The position numbers and the translations under genes were made by a program. 64,000 nucleotides of DNA from assembly GCA_965235115.1 (NCBI GenBank), contig OZ249436.1:11968001-12032000 (forward strand), in the 5' to 3' direction. Of this stretch, positions 62,801 through 64,000 are shown piece after piece. The stretch's first letter is position 1, and every line of letters begins with the position of its first letter. Under the pieces are notes generated by a model. That model ran no database searches. It saw only the letters and a program-made list of their open reading frames with translations, and was not told the origin of the DNA. The stretch is from Laetmonice hystrix. Its lineage: Eukaryota.

Positions 62801-63672
62801 AAATACTTCGTCAGTCAGTCACTGGCTGGGATATTTCCTGACCGTGGCAAAATGCTATGAGGAAATATGGTTACTGGAAGATTACAAGTCTTAATCATCG
62901 ACTTAGACATATGGAAGCTGTTAAAATGTTTTTACTCTTCCCCCACCAACCACAGAAAAAAAAGGCGGAAATGAATCCGGGTCCCAGCGGAGTAGTCAAG
63001 GATTTGGCATACATGTACTGATACTTAAAAAAGTGCTGATATTAATTTGACACGATTGGAAGTGCACTTCGAAAAAAAAGTTGTCATTTTATTGCGCCCC
63101 CCCCCCCGTGTACGTGGCCGTTGGTTGACGTACATGTATATCGTCCCGCGTACAATCACTTGGCACTCGGTAACAACCCAAACCCTATGTACACCAAGGT
63201 GTGTCAAGAAGTGACTGTCTTTGAAAGCAAGGAAGATCGCGACCTTTTGTCGGAAATTAATTATTTAATTGGACATTTTTGACCTTTAACCACAAAGACT
63301 GCTTCACAGGCATCTTTAGTCTAAGTGACTGGATTGCGAGAGTAAAATGGAAAATGAAGTTAATTCGGTTCTCCTGGAGAATTTAAAACATGATCAGCAG
63401 GCTGTGCAACCGGCAAAATAATGTGGACCTGCAAACTGTCTCCTGGAATGAGATCTAGGCTGCTATTGTCGGTACAGCCTTCCGTTGGGTATACTGTCTA
63501 TAAGGTGGAAATTCGGGAGACATACAACGGTTCACTGTGTTACACGGTGGACTACTCTAAAGTAGCGGTCATAAAAGGTGCCTATTGTAAAGCTGGCTAT
63601 ATGGCACAACGGCACACAGTTTGACGACAATAACGTATCATTGAAGGGTTGATTCATGCAGTTATATACAGT

Positions 63673-63951
63673 CAGTGACCGAGCCATCATAGGGCGTACC
63701 CGGCGTACGCCCCCCCCCCCTTGTTGGACCAGCGTTTGTAAAATGTACTGGGCTCATGCATTAAATATGTGCTAAAACATACCTTGAAATATTATTGTTT
63801 GCAGAATGCATCAGATAGCATGAAGTAGGATCCTACATTTCAAAAACTTTCGGGGGGGGGGGGGCATACCTGCCCCCCTCTCGAGATTAGGTGTACCTTT
63901 GGCACCCTTATTACCCCCCCCCCCTTTGGTGGATTCCTAGCTATGTCACTG
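63673..63951. mobile_element. hAT-like MITE with poly-C/poly-G tracts
   Basis: Ends cagtgaccgagc / gctatgtcactg; TSD degenerate. Confidence 0.55.
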
Positions 63952-64000
63952 ATGCAGGGATACCGAAATTATGGAGGGACCTTTTTCTCCATCCATGACC

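Noticed and set aside
1..64000. Prokaryotic systems, tRNA/rRNA genes, autonomous transposons
   Set aside because: Spliceosomal gene structure throughout; no such features or long transposase/RT ORFs were seen. Small RNA genes could be missed by eye.

Overview
Eukaryotic (animal, most likely an invertebrate bilaterian; species cannot be determined from sequence alone) genomic window. The + strand carries the 5' half of a WDFY3/Alfy (blue cheese) orthologue. I traced 34 GT-AG exons by hand from ATG 4484 to 45588; their phases join into one open frame of 1907 codons, and two more probable exons follow (45813-45876, 46253-46300). The PH-BEACH-WD40-FYVE half is not in the window, so the gene presumably continues past 64000. 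The last, very long intron holds an intronless antisense gene (59811->57349, 820 aa) for a single-pass LRR membrane protein with no TIR domain. The introns contain many MITE/foldback elements (Harbinger-, Kolobok- and hAT-like), a truncated SINE and three minisatellites. The most notable unannotated signal is a set of frame-preserving candidate micro/cassette exons in WDFY3 introns (3, 24, 27, 33, 75 and 78 nt), including a 3-nt 'ATG' exon with a neural-microexon-like context. There is also an AG-free 32-bp tandem repeat that multiplies the branch point of one intron. All of these splicing predictions need RNA evidence.
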